NCBI RefSeq assembly: GCF_006345805.1
Contig: NC_043004.1
Coordinates: 56,668,001-56,732,000 of the forward strand
DNA: 64,000 nucleotides
Direction of reading: 5' to 3'
From: Octopus sinensis
Taxonomy: Eukaryota
Shown here: piece after piece, positions 39,579 through 53,919 of the stretch
Position numbering within the stretch: position 1 is the stretch's first letter
Layout: every line of letters begins with the position of its first letter
Notes under the pieces: generated by a model
The model's input: only the letters and a program-made list of their open reading frames with translations
What the model was told of the DNA's origin: nothing
Databases searched by the model: none
Position numbers and translations under genes: made by a program

Positions 39579-39725
39579 ATTTCAATTATCCGCACCAACG
39601 CACGGTTGCAACGCCAGATGGTTGTACCTCCAACCGTGCTGTTTACTGCTGTGATTTTTGCTACTAAGGTATCGGTTAACTTTTGATTAATCTACAACAA
39701 GATTATTCATCTTTCTATTTCACAT

Positions 39726-39762
<37 letters not shown>

Positions 39763-40089
39763 ATAAATATGTGTGGGATGGGGTGGGTTATGCATATGTG
39801 CGTGCGTATGTGTTAAGCATACATAGGATAAAAATTATCAGACAAAAACTGTCCAGAAGCTAGTCTTCTCTCTCACTCTCTCTATCTCTCTATCTATCAC
39901 CTTTCCTCTCTATCTGTATCATGTATATATGTATGTATGGCGAATAATAGAAGAGAAAATGAAAATGAAACTATGCAGAATTATTGCAGAATTATTGTTA
40001 TTCTCTTGAGACCCAAGCGTATGATAATAAAATACAAACTTGGTACCTGCATATACAGAGATGAAGGCAAATAGAAAGACGGGTAGATA

Positions 40090-40320
40090 CAGCGGCGAGC
40101 TGGCAGAATCGTTAGCACGCCGGCCGGAATGCCTAGCGTTATTTCGGCTGCTGTTACGTTCTGAGTTCAAATTCTGCCGAGGTCGACTTTGCCTTTCATC
40201 CTTTCGGGGTCGATAAATTAAGTACCAATCACACACTGGGGTCGATATAATCGACTTAATCCGTTTGTCTGTCCTTGTTTGTCCCCTCTGTGTTCAGCCC
40301 CTTGTGGGTAGTAAAGAAAC
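40090..40320 (+). mobile_element. SINE family B, full length
   Basis: Near-identical to 25000-25230. Confidence 0.92.
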
Positions 40321-43300
40321 AGATATGTATGTATATGTGTCAATGCTTTTGTTTGCCATTATGTATTTCACGCAAACGCCCAGGTCGACTTTGCCTTTCA
40401 TCATTTCAGGGTCGATGAAATAATTACCACTTACGTACTGGGGTGGATATAACCGACACCCCACTAATTTCAGTCGTACCTTTGGCAGAAAGGATTATGA
40501 ATGGAATTTGAACACATAAGATTAATGCGGATGAAAGGTCGTTAAGCCTCCTGCCAGGCTTCTTAACGATACGGCCAACTCACTGTCTTGATAATCCTGT
40601 TAAAATTCATCTCTATCTAAGGCTGCGAGCAGGCAGAGTCGTTATCGTGCCGGGCAAAATGCTTGGCGGCATATCGTCCGTCTTTGGGTTAGGAATTCAA
40701 ATGCCACCAAGATCGACTTTGCCCGAGTACTGGGGTCGATGTACTCGACTTCACACCTCCCCCGAAATTACTCTCCTTGCACTAAAATTTGATACCAATA
40801 TTGATTGCAAATTTTGGTACAGAGCCTGCAACTTCAGGGGAGGGAATAAACCGATTACATCGACCCCAGTGCTCAACTGGTACTTATTTTATAGACCCCG
40901 GTTGGGATTAGATTTCATATAAGTATATAGATGGGTGAATATTCCTTATGAGTTGGTGAGATTTGAACTTCTATTGGTTATGCATTTAAATCACATAAGT
41001 TTGTGATTTTAAAATAATTGCATCTGTACTTATAAGTTTTTACATGTAGAGGTCCAAAACTTGGGGAAAATACAAGTTAAAATCTGCAATTCAGTTTCAA
41101 TCGTAACAGAGTAATTCATCCCCTTTATGCAGCCATTACCCTGGGAAGAAATATAAATGCAAAGATTACTCGTTCTCCCTAGTCGTTCAAAGCTAATATT
41201 TTATTAAAGAGTACGAATCGTTACGAATAGTTCGGCAGACTGTTGTGTGTCTCCATTATTCCATACGTTTCTGAACTGAATTGTTTATTTCGTGTATTGA
41301 TCATCAATTGATTGGTGCCTGCCAATCCTCAAACACACGGACTTAGATTTAGTAGCAGTATCGTAAAGAATAAATTAGAATATATTATCATTATCTGATG
41401 TAAGATAAAAATTGACTGGAGACAGTAAAACAAAATTTTATAGTGCTCCTAACATTTCGACATTTACTGCAATAAATCGGACCTGTTAAACGCACAATTT
41501 TTCTCAAAGACAGCTCATTAGATGCTATCATACGTGGATACTATTAACAAAACTTGAATTTAAGCGTTGGTTTTAAAAATCATTCATAGCCTTGCTTAAC
41601 GTGTACGAAATCGTGAAATCAGTAACGCAATGTTGATCTTACGATTGCTATAAATTCTTACTAAATTATCGAAAATAACATCTATGTTTGCATTCGTGTA
41701 CTCGTATATGTTTGCATATATGTTTGTGCTGATGTTTATATGAATATATGCATGTTTCTTTTATATATCGAGGTTTTTCTCATAATTCAAGTTGATCACT
41801 AACAAATTGACAGAAAGTTTTTGCTTGAGTCAAAACTGCTCCTGTATCTTTTTTTACATATGCCTATATGAATATGTATGCATATGCGCATGTATGTATG
41901 TATGTATGTAAGCCAGAATCATTGGAACATCAACTTGTATTGCTCGTATGGGTGTTTTTTCCCCGTTTTTGCACCCTGAACTAAAAGCAGCCAAGCTACT
42001 TTCCTAAAGTTTGCGACTGAAAAATAAAGTACCAGTCATGTACTTAGGTAGATTCTTATCACACTTTCTTTTTTTCCTGACGCCGCCGGAAATACTATGG
42101 GTAAAGATTCACATCCTCAATTGCCTCTAAATTGTGAGTAGTTGAGCGACAAACACGTAGCACTTTTCATGCATAAAATGATATAATATTGAAACCGTTC
42201 GAGCATGCCTAGAAACAAAAACTACCAGAAATAACAACGACAAAAATGAATTTAAATCTGTGCACAATGCCTGCAATTTTAAATGATAGGATAGGTCAAT
42301 TACAACAATTCCAGGACTCATCTGATATTAATTTTATCGAACCCGAAAGGATGAAAGCAAAATCGACCTTGGCGGCATATTACCATAAAACGCACATGCC
42401 GCAAGAACTGCCGAAGATGGAGAAATATTAAAATTTGTGCTTCCTGTTACCCTTCAAATTGCAACAATATCAATCTCGTTTAACAAAACTGTGCTTAATT
42501 CCCTTATAACAATCCATGACTGTAGTTCTGACATTATCCCTACTATAATATGGAAATACCCTGTTTGAACAGTTTATATCCATCTGTTTGCATAAAAATA
42601 ACAAGTAATTGCATTTCAAAAGAAACTGACATCATATTGCCAACTATCGTAGGATAGTTTTTCTCGCTATTGCTTCAAAGCCGTACAACAAGTTAATTTT
42701 AAATCGTCATCCAGCAAATGTTGAACAGATTCTAATGAAAAATTAAAATGGTTTTTGTCCTACCAAATCAACCTTGATTCAGATATTCATAATTCGATGG
42801 ATCATTGCAAAAATAACTAATTTCAATGAAGAAACGATATTAATGTGTGAATTTTAAATAGGCTTTCCATTATGTTCATAGAATAAAAATTTTGGAGAGA
42901 CTCTAGCTATATAGTATGCCTCAGCAGATAATTAATGCCATTACATTGCTTTACACATATTGAATTTTCCCTGTTCACACTTCTGGTCGTGAAACAGATT
43001 TCTTTTCTGATTGCAGGAATTTTTTATGGTGTTATTTGAGCTCACTTCGTTTCTATCGAGGTTATATACTTCGAGTGTCGGTATATACACTAAATAGTAA
43101 ACGTTGCCTCACACTATACGTGTATAAATGAAACTGCTGCAGATTTTTCAGATGACATTTTATTAATTGCTAATAAGTTACATGAGACTACACAGAAAAT
43201 AAATATTAATGTCACTCATGACTGCAGTGTATCGCGGAGGGTTCATCCTGCAGGGCTATAACTATAACTATAAAAGAAGATAGAATTCCACAAAATTAAA

Positions 43301-45299
43301 GTTTTAAGAGTTAATATTCTCAATTACGTGGATTATTTTCAATGCTAAGGCTCGTAATGTTTTAGAAACGTAGCTAATCTTAGGAGTTATAATTTAGGAG
43401 TTCTAATGTCATTTGTACTCTGAGTTAGTTGTCCTATATGACTAACAGATATGAACTCATCCTACCAGATATAAAGTTAAAGCAAGCGGTTCTTTGAACG
43501 CGTCTTCCGTGTAGGACGCGGCGACCTCTGTAGAAAAGAAATGCAACACTAGCATAGAGTAGAGTTTGGTGAATGGAATTTCAGAGTAAAAAGCGAGCTA
43601 GCGTCATTATTTTCTCCTCAAAGTCGTCATATTACTGATGGAAAACTACAAAAATACCTGTACGTTTGTCACTGCGAAAATTTCAGGGTTGTATCTGCGA
43701 TACCATGATGTGATGTGATTATTAACTCTGTAGAAGTTGTGAATTACATTTTGGAGGAGTGTTCGAATGATGTATGTAGAATAACATCAAAAACTACAAA
43801 ATCCTACAACAAAGGGGAAACTGATGAAGTAAACGGAGATAACACTACAACTTCAAAAAAACACACTGGGAGCATGGGGATGCATACGTTGGTGATGGAG
43901 ATAATGAGGATGATGACAGCAGTGAAAACGGTTTACAAAAATGAGTTCCAATCGAGCTTAAAGCGTTTATATTTACAAAACAAAGTGAAATGGATAGCAA
44001 TGTAATATTAAAAGCAAAATAATTTCGTGGAAGCATATATAGAGAGCGAAATTATGACAAGAGAATATCTTGTCTAAAACTATACATACTGTGTGTGAGT
44101 ATGTCACCTGAATAAAGAGCTCAGTCGCTTCAGGAAGGAAAAGATATCGGATGACCATAGGGAATGATAAAATCCTAGAAATCTTAAACATCTGGCAGTA
44201 ATAATAATTACGCCTAGGGTAATAACAATAGTGGATGAAAAAAGTGAACGAACAAATTATTCAAATCTGCTTCACTAGCTGGAAAATCTCGCATAGAAAA
44301 AGGAAACGAGAAATCATATAATACGACAAGTCTACAATATTTTGGTTTCCGAAGGTTTATTTAACTACAAAAAACTTTGTTGATGATAATACCTGAATAC
44401 AGGAACTGGTGAATAAACAAATACACGAAAAGGGCTTATGTTGATCAAAATAGCAATCAACAAATGTTCTTAAAGTAGGACTTTCTGAGTTCTGCATGGA
44501 GTTTTCCAGGATCCAAGATTTCATCATGAAATCTTAAAGTAACAACAATAACAAGCAATTGCAATTAAACTCGGCATGAGCAAATTGTAAAGAATTGCGT
44601 AGACATACACAAAAATAACGGGAAGCGAAATAATTAAAAAAATACCCAATTGCTATGGATAAAAGCTAAACTAGTTTGCGTGCGGACAATGAGTGACAAA
44701 TCAGCCATCTTTTGTATAAGAATAGCTTGAAGTTGTACTCTCGGTATTAGATGTGGTTTAGAATTAGACAAAACGTAACCTTGAAGAGAGGAAAAGTAGA
44801 TACGGACACTAAAACTATGTTATATCAAACAAAAATGATAGAAAAATATTAGACAAAATATGTAAATGAAATATTAATGTTTCAGACAATGTAGAACAGA
44901 AAAATAAAGAAAATGTTAGGATGTAATGCATTAGATTAATAATTAAATAGATCTGAATTGTAAAGAAAGTCAGATGACAAGCATCAGTACTGTAGCTATT
45001 TAAATGATGAGTGATAATATTATCAAATGGGCGCTAAGTGATTTGTCGACAAAAATAAAAAAAAGAAAAGATGAAACGACACACACATACACACAGACAG
45101 ACAGACTCACACACACATACACACACTTACACACACATAAACACATAAGATAACGGATTCTCCTTAAACTAAAAACTAAACCAAAATTTTAAGGGCTCGC
45201 TGCAATTGTAAATAGCTTAAAACTATTTAATAGAAGTCAGAAAATATAGAGTAAACTACAACATAAACGTTTACGAATATGAGCAGGCAGTATTCCAAA

Positions 45300-46340
45300 A
45301 GGAGCGATATGCACGGAGCAAAGAATTACATTGCTAACCGTCATCGAACAGTCACTGAAATGAATGACCTAGTTGTACGTGACATTTATCAATTATGAGA
45401 AGGCATTTAATAGCATACACTGTGCAAATCGCTTTGAAATGTTGGTATCAGAGACAAAACTATTACTTCGTTTCGAGAAGTTACAAGTATAAGCATGACA
45501 CGATCAACACCATAAGTTGCACGTTATAGAATTTGGTCACAACCATTCAGTATTCTCATGGCGTGAAGCATGGACATCTATTATCTACCTTTGCTTTACT
45601 TGAGTCAGCTGAATTGTTTGTGTAATGAAAGAAGTAACCAAATTACAATCCAGAGTAACAAAACCGTCCCTATTCAACAATCTGGAAGATATTGACTTCA
45701 TCCCGGTATTTCATTGACAGGCAAGAGAAGATCCAAGCAATGAGGTTAGCATCTGTGAAAATTACAATGAAAACCAAAATTGAGGAGAAAGAACGACGTG
45801 ATAGTGCATGCAGGCAATGATATCAGGTTCACAGCCAGAAGAGATGGATTTGAAGATGTCAGTCATGTAACATACTTGGGAAGCGCTGTCAGTGAAAAGG
45901 GTGGAACAGATCAGCATTTAAAAGCAAGGATTGCAAAGCTACTATTGCCTTCAAGATGTCCAGACGTCCCCAAACATCACAGCCTCTCTTAACTAAAACA
46001 ACATTCAGTCTTTAACATCGACATTTAGACTCTTCCTCTGTAAGTATGAGAAGTCTGAGAAAGTTCGCCATCAAAATGTTCCAAATGTTTGTAAATAGAT
46101 CTTTCCGGAACATCGTTCACAAACAGGCTTATGAGAATGGACGTACCCGCAAACTAGCGAAGTGAAGATTAAGAGGAGAAAATGTGTTGGCTGGGGTGCA
46201 AACCTACGGGAAACTTTATCTAGCAATACAACTCAAACCATCCAATAGATAACTCAAGAGAGACAGAATTGTAACAGACCAAAAACAACATGGGGAAGGT
46301 GTACATAAACTGAAGCACTAGCAGGTGTTTAACTGGGAAG
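45300..46340 (+). mobile_element. Decayed RTE-clade LINE (RT and C-terminal region)
   Basis: Broken-frame motifs IEQSL..LYVTFINYEKAFNSI, LEDIDF, VTYLGSAVSEKGGTDQHLKARIAK, FQMFVNRSFRNI, KIKRRK, RPKTTWGR. Confidence 0.75.
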
Positions 46341-48009
46341 AAATGCATACTATTGCCAATGCTCCATCGGGTATTAAAGGAATTTAGAAGAAGCTATGAA
46401 ACTACGTTAGCAAACTGATATAAACAACATAAAACACCGAAAAACACATGCTCTATCTCCTTCCCTTTCTTGCAAGTAAACACAAACACAATCTCTCTCT
46501 TCATCTCTCTCACTCACTCTCTTTCTCTGTCGCTCACGCAGCCACACACATAAAGCAGTTTTTGTCTTAAAGCAATCCACTGAATTCAAGAGTAGCTAAA
46601 GTGACAGCCTGTTGATAAGAAATTGTGAAAAAGCGAAAATCTAAGAAAAAAACATTTTGCAAAGCTAACATGATAACAAAAGCCTCTGAAAAATTTGGAC
46701 AGAGGAAAAATTTATGAATAAACATCGCAACACTAGCTAAGAGTAAAGAGTTTTATTATTGCTGAACAGAATCAAAATCTTTCAACAAGAAATTAAAGCG
46801 TGTAGTGAAGCATTGCGCATTAAGTATCTGCAACAAATAAGTGAGGTTGTAAAGAAGCAATTAATTACATTGTCACTGTTTTTCTGTTCAGTGAAAAAGT
46901 CCTTTATAGGTCGGAATACCTATCGGTTTTAATAAACGACAGGCCAAAATAGGTGCCATATCACATGCTTGATAAATCTCACAGGTTGATAAAGCAAAGA
47001 ATATGTCACTTCATATTTTGTATGCATCAAGGGTAACTGATCACCGTTTGTCGCAAAGAGCACAAGGGAAAAAAATTACTCAGATAATAATGCATACCCA
47101 TATGCATTATCGTCAGATATGTATATTTTAAAAATGGAAAGGAAATGGAGAAAATAACACTTATATTAATATAGATTTGAATTATATATCACTGAATGTT
47201 CAATTTTCCAAATCACTGTTAGAAGTGGCGAGAAAACGATGCAGATAAATAATGTTTCATACACTTGATACAAAGTCACAAATGTTTTACGCAGCAGCAT
47301 TGTCTACTCTTTATACTGCCGTTGGTCACTGATACACACTAACGAATTTGGTCAAAGATAATAACAGCATACCACTGATGTTGACATTGTATTCGACTAC
47401 AGTATAGCACTGGAATATGATCTCAGAATGTAAACATACATAACTTTATAGCTGAAACTATTTTAACAAGTACTCCATGAAATTTGTCAATGGTCATCTG
47501 TCATTGATAGCCAAAGTTGGCAGAAAACTATACTTTTGTATGGAGCCTATGAATTGGCAGCGTTTTACAATGTTTCACAATGTTGGAATGTGCGTCTGGC
47601 TGTATTTGATCTGGTTATCTGTTCTGTAAGAGTAACTTACGCTGAAGCCAGCTTAGTCTGACACTCTTTAGATGTCGATAGACTATGAAACTAGGGAATT
47701 GGATTGGATTGGATTGGTGGAACTTTAAAATTGTCGAACGGAATGCCATATGTAAGTGTTCCAGCCTTCTGCATCTTGACTCAAGTTCTCGAATATATAC
47801 CGAAAAGTATCATCGTATAACTGCAGTCGTATCGTAGCAAGTAACACAAAACTCTAGAAGCAATGGCCAACATTAAATAGATTATGAAGCGTGATATCGA
47901 GTAAAACGTTTATCCAGAATCTTTCTCTGTATTCCGCTGGAAAGACGTGACCTTGTGACAGGAAATATGTAGTCAATTTAATGAACTTCAATGTAAAATT
48001 TAATGAAAA

Positions 48010-48630
48010 TTACATGGCGACCTACTGATGTTACGCTACAAAACCTATACTCATGTGAAATATTCATAATACAAATTCGAATGGTGTAAATTGGGATATT
48101 CATATCAATGAGGAGGCATGATTTTTGTCTGAAGTCTTTCAATATAAGGTCTGGCCTATTTGCATCTATCTTTCTGTCAGTTTGAATGGTGAAGTTCCAG
48201 AGGAGTAAGATGTGATCATTTTCAAGCACTGGAGGTGGTCTGTTCCCACCAGCTTTTATCACGAGGCAGGCTCAGGTTTTTGCAAATTATCCAGTGAATA
48301 TATTGTGCAGCTCTATCATGCTTGTTGATATACTCTGTTGCCGCAAGAAGACTGCACATGGAGACAACGTGATCAATGGTTTCATTTTGTTGTTGACATA
48401 CACGACATATTGAGGAGCTACCATTATTTAATATGTTGGCCTGGAAGTTTCTTGTAGGTAAGCATTGATCTTAGGCTGCTATGATAAACCCTTCTGTTTC
48501 TTATTTTAAGCCAGAAGCCATTAGCCATTGATGGGTATGGGCTTTGTCAACATCGGCATTATTAGCTCTCTTTGGGTATTTGCCATTGTGAGCCGATTAA
48601 TGTTTGCATTTACAAAACATCTAAGTAAGT
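48010..48630 (-). mobile_element. R4/Dong-type (RLE) LINE 3' fragment
   Basis: HGKYPKR..VDKAHTHQWL..GLK/ETEGFIIAA*DQCLPTRN..CRVCQQQNETIDHVVSMC (CCHC) ..EYINKHD..IHWIIC, then LWNFTIQTDRKIDANRPDLIL..CLLIDM (PD..D nuclease). Confidence 0.85.
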
Positions 48631-48736
48631 TTTGACTTTCCTGTGACAAAGAAACTATTTGTCCTTTGATTCGATGTAGGCTACCCATAACTTGGAGCTT
48701 CGTGTTTGAATATTTGTATAGATGATAAAACCAGAT

Positions 48737-48985
48737 ACTCTTTTACTCTTTTACTTGTTTCAGTCATTTGACTGCGGCCATGCTAGAGCACCGCCTTTAG
48801 TCGAGCAAATCGACACCGGGACTTATTCTTTGTAAGCCCAGTACTTATTCTATCGGTCTCTTTTGCCGAATCGCGAAGTTACGGGGACGTAAACACACCA
48901 GCATCGGTTGTCAAGCAATGCTAGGGGGACAAACACAGACACACAAACACACACACACACAACACACACACACACACACACACAC

Positions 48986-49049
<64 letters not shown>

Positions 49050-49221
49050 ATATATATACGACAGGCTTCTTTCAGTTTCCGTCTACCAAATCCACTCAGA
49101 AGGCATTGGTCGGCCGGGGCTATAGCAGAAGACACTTGCCCAAGATGCGACGCAGTGGTGCTGAACCCGGAACCATGTGGTTGGTAAGCAAGCTACTTAC
49201 CACACAGCCACTCCTGCGCCT
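48737..49221 (-). mobile_element. SINE family A, full length, expanded internal CA/TA repeat
   Basis: Reverse match to 33973-34390. Confidence 0.95.
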
Positions 49222-51449
49222 ATTTTATACAAAAACGCGATTTATGAAATAACAGTTCCACGAAAAATCAAACTTCATCACTCACCAGACTTCACTTCAA
49301 TAGTTTGGAGTTATTCAAACTGTTTCAGTGCATAGAACAAATAATATTTTAGAACCTGAAATACTTCAGAAAATAGTAGTAGCATAAGTTTTAAAATGAA
49401 CGGAAAATGAGAAAATGCTTCCTTATATGAAATATGAAACAAAACAATAGAAATTAATTCAGGTTTTAGAAATCCTCTCAAAATAGCCAATCTAAAAATG
49501 TTGCACACATGAAGTGGTTATCGTGTTTTATTAAGCCTGAATAGCTTTGTTATTAATTTTAGAATTATTACTCATAAGTTGATGAACATTCTTAATAATG
49601 CAACAGCAAACACTTGGCTCCATTAATTTAAAAAACAGCATGGCGTAAATTATCAATTTCATTTCAAGATTCCTTCTACTGCGGTAAACATCATTAAACT
49701 TCGTATGTATTCGATGGTGCTGTTAGATAGAATTCGCCGTTTTACCGAAAGGTGTCGTTAAAATTTCGATAACAAGATATACGGCTAACATTCACGTCAT
49801 ACTCTCATGGATAATTGCATGACTGAATTGAGTGCAAAAGAATGGAAAAATTGCTTTTAATTAAAGAAATTGTAGAGATATAAATTTTCCAGTCTTAAAT
49901 CCTTAAAATGACGAGAAAAGCTAAGTATGATTTATTATTTTTTTTATAATTAAAAACAAACATTCGGATATAGAAACCTGGTACTATATACAAACTTTTA
50001 CAAATGTGTAAACTTTACAGCACTGCACTTATCTCGGACTATGTGTTCTTTACATTATATAATACGTATCATATGTAATAACATATAATTTGAACAAAAT
50101 ACGCAATAAAGTACCGTCAAGTTGAAATCAACTAAAGTTATATATACTAAAGAAGATTAAAAATGTGGTAGAGTTCCGAACGTAGCGATTTAGGATAATG
50201 TACCGGTGGTTAAGCTGATTAAGTCGCAAAGAGAATCAGATGAGATGTCCAGCATTCAATATGCTATGACGTGTCCTTGGAGCTATCACATAACTGACAT
50301 TTCCTCAACGTAAAGAAGAGCAAGTCGATCTAAGTAGCAATACTGCAAGTGATCTGATGAGTGAATTATCAGCTTTCTCTACCAAGTTTAATTCTTCATT
50401 TGGGAGAAAACCCTCGTCATTTTGCGACGTACTATGCAATGAAAAATGTATCACCTTTTCTCCTAACACTATGAAAACGGACCCCATCGATCATTGTATC
50501 CCATTCTTTACATGTGATCCGAAATCTATGACATGACATTGAATAATTTGTAGTTTCTTTCTTATTAATTTATTCTTCATGTTTTCGTTGTCCTCCTTGT
50601 CGCTGTCATTCAAATAATCATATTTTTATTGAACATTCCATTCCCAAATATGAACTTCTTTCAGCCTAGTAAAAACAGATTTATTCAATGGTGTGGCTTT
50701 TGTAATTTGTGTCCTTTGTATTTACAATAATCTATATAATATATCTTACAGAGCTTAATGTTTACCCCCTCCCGCCCCACACACACGCAATATAATGTGT
50801 GTGGGTGTGTATTGGTACGGGTGGGGGATAGGTAAATTACTATATAGATATGAATATAGACTACAATGAGCACATATAAAAAATATATATTCATGTTGTC
50901 CAAAATAGAACAAAAATGGCAGGAATAAACCAATGACCCAGAAATGTTTATCTGCGTAATTCAAATAAAATCAAAAGTTAAAAGCATAATAAACATCATG
51001 TAATGATTATACTTAACTAATTTAGAATAATGTTTATTTTCGCATTGCTCTGTAACGGGTCAAAACATATGCTATTGAACGTATTATGTGATTTCCTAAA
51101 AATACCAAAATGTGGGAAAACACACAACATATAACATTTTTTTATTTATATTTTTCAAATGAATGGGTAATTTAAATCTGTGACGCCAGTATGTTCAATA
51201 GAGGCTTGTATTTTCCAATTTTAAAATATTTATTTATATACATACATACTTTGTTTGTACATTTATCTGAACTTCAGCGTTCTTTTTTTCTGGGTCTAGA
51301 CAGTGTAGAAAGTAAAGATTAAATCTGTGAGGAATCAAAGAGCAAATCAAAATATATCATGTATTGAAAATTGGTTTTATTTTGACTGTGAGAGAAAGCA
51401 GAATCAACATCAATATGAACAATAACAAAAATTGCGAACAAAGAGGAAA

Positions 51450-51497
<48 letters not shown>

Positions 51498-51605
51498 AAT
51501 GAAGAACCGATTTATTCTGATTTTGTTGTTTCCAGAATGTCAGCATGTTAAAAGCGTGTCTGACCATTATTTAGTGTTAGTCATTATCAATTTTCAACAC
51601 AGAGT

Positions 51606-52040
51606 GTGAGCCGGCAGAATCGGTAGCACGTCGGACTAAATAATTAGGGGCATTTCGTCCGTCTTTACGTTCTGAGTTGAAATTCTGCTAAGATCGACTT
51701 CGCCATCATTCCTCCCGCGGGTCGATGAAATAAGTAGTAGTAAAGCACTGGGGTCTATATAGTCAACTATACCCTTCCCCCACAATTTCAGGCTTCGTGT
51801 CTATTGTAGAAAGGATTATTAATCTTTCAACCAGGCGGTAAGATGCTAGAATCATCAGCATACCGGACAAAATGCTTAGCGAATCTCTTCCGGTTTTATG
51901 TCCTGCGTTAAAATTTAAGCTGAGGACGACTTTGCTTTCGATGTCGATGAAACAAGTACAATTTGCGTACTGGGGTCGTTATAATCGTATTATCCTTCTT
52001 CTAAAAATTTCTAATCTTGTTTCTAGAGTAGAAGAAATAA
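51606..52040 (+). mobile_element. Two adjacent diverged SINE family B copies (51606-51820, 51833-52040)
   Basis: Each has a cagaatcg.tagca..gttctgagtt/cgactt..gtcgatgaaa..actggggtc pattern. Confidence 0.7.
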
Positions 52041-52244
52041 TTTTCAAAGATAAGCTGAAATGCATAGAATTCGCAAACGCTTATCCAGTCTTCTGCTGGT
52101 GCTAAAGACATTCATGTGAGAAAGTTTCCGCTGAACCTTCAAAATCAGCTACTATACTGACTGGAGTAAACGCGTTATATATCTCTCTAGACAACTCTTT
52201 GAAATTATATGGATTGACCTGATGACGAATTCGTAAAACCGTTA

Positions 52245-52246
<2 letters not shown>

Positions 52247-52303
<57 letters not shown>

Positions 52304-52365
52304 TAACAATAACAATAATAATGATGATGGTGATGATCATGATGATGATGTGTTGATGATCATGA
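52247..52365. repeat. (AAT)n/(AAC)n/(GAT)n microsatellite
   Basis: Direct sequence. Confidence 0.95.
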
Positions 52366-52392
52366 TAATTTCTACGGTAACACAATAACCAA

Positions 52393-52574
52393 CATTTTAT
52401 GGGTAGAGTGGGCTAGTCGATTACATCGACCCAAGTAGTACGCTGGTACTTATTTCATCGACTCCGAAGGGATAAACAGCAAAGTCAACCGCGGCAGAAT
52501 TTGAATTCAGAACGGACGAAATGCTGCTAAGAATTTTACCAGGTATGTTAACGATTCTGCCACCTCATCGTCTA

Positions 52575-52626
<52 letters not shown>

Positions 52627-52810
52627 GTGGTTTCAAATTTTGCCAGTACGGCAGCACTTTTGGGGGGCGGGATTAGTCGATAACATCGACACTAGTGTTG
52701 AACTGATGCTTGTTTTATTGACTCCAAAAAGATGAAAAGTAAAGTCGATCTCGAGGGAATTTGAACTCAGAAATTTGCGGCGGCCAAAATGCCGCTAAGA
52801 ATTTCGCCCA
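52393..52810 (-). mobile_element. Two SINE family B copies separated by (AAT)n (52393-52573, 52631-52810)
   Basis: Reverse similarity to family B; (AAT)n at 52575-52626. Confidence 0.75.
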
Positions 52811-52813
52811 AAC

Positions 52814-53120
52814 TTCCCGATACAGACATAAAAATTGACTCCAATCGACCAGACATTGTAATCAAGGACTACAAGAGAGGATCTTGACTGTTAATAGACA
52901 TATCTGTCTCACAAAATCAAAATGTCTCAAGAAAGGAATATGAAAAGGCTTTCTCACTATAATGATCTGCAAATTGAAATCACAAAAATATGGAAGCTTA
53001 GTACTAGGATAACACCAGTAGTAATTGGTGTGTTGGGAATGATAAAGATGGGAGCTGATAATTTATATTAAACAACTCCTTGGTAACAGCCCATATATTA
53101 CGGAATGCACTCCTCATCTA
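52814..53120 (+). mobile_element. Second R4/Dong-type RLE endonuclease fragment
   Basis: FPIQT/IKIDSNRPDIVIKDYK..LLIDISVSQNQNVSRKEYEK/SHYNDLQIEITKIWKL..PVVIGVLG..TAHILRNAL. Confidence 0.8.
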
Positions 53121-53919
53121 AAATGGTATAAATGTGGTAATAATTTTAGCATGCATAGCAAAACAAAAGTGCCCTTGCGACTCTTGGCAGCTGAGATTGT
53201 GTTATAACGAAAAGAAACCATAAATGATGATGATAATAATGAACGAAAAGGCATCAGAGGTGCGATGTATACCCTGTGAACATACAAATTGTTTCACAAA
53301 TTATAGTGTGGCCTACATGAGTTGTTTACCCATACATTTAATTGAGCTGAATAATTATTTCTTTAAGTACTTATACTCCTTAAAAATTCAGAAATGAGCT
53401 CGTAAATAAACAAAAACCTCGAATCCATCAATTTACACACACACACACACACAAACAAATAAGCACACAGAGTCTGTATGTACGCACACGTGTCTACGCG
53501 CATAAGCTAAGATCTTTACACGCGCAGACGAAAGTGAACAAAGAACGTGAACAAAATCATATGATCACTTTCTTGTCAGGAAATTTATGAGTCCGATTTA
53601 ATTTTTTTTTATTATCACCGTTATAGGTATTTATGCTCCGGTGAAATTAAGAAATGAAGTCGTAAATAAACGAATCTTTCACCATACATACACACACACA
53701 TGCACGCGCACACGCATACGCACACAAACATAGGAACACACACAGAGTCGCATATCTATGTATTTATGTATGTATGTATCCACACGTATCTATGCGCGTA
53801 GCTACACCCTGATCTATACACACGCAGTGGGGGTCGATTCATATGTAAAAGAAAGTGAACAAAATAATATGACCACGTGCGTATTGGAAAATTTGCAAGT
53901 TCAATTATTTTTTAATCTA

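Noticed and set aside
43715-44005. 96-aa ORF with an acidic N-terminus, possibly piggyBac-like
   Set aside because: No DDD motif, TTAA-CCC/CAC TIR pair or other diagnostic feature found.
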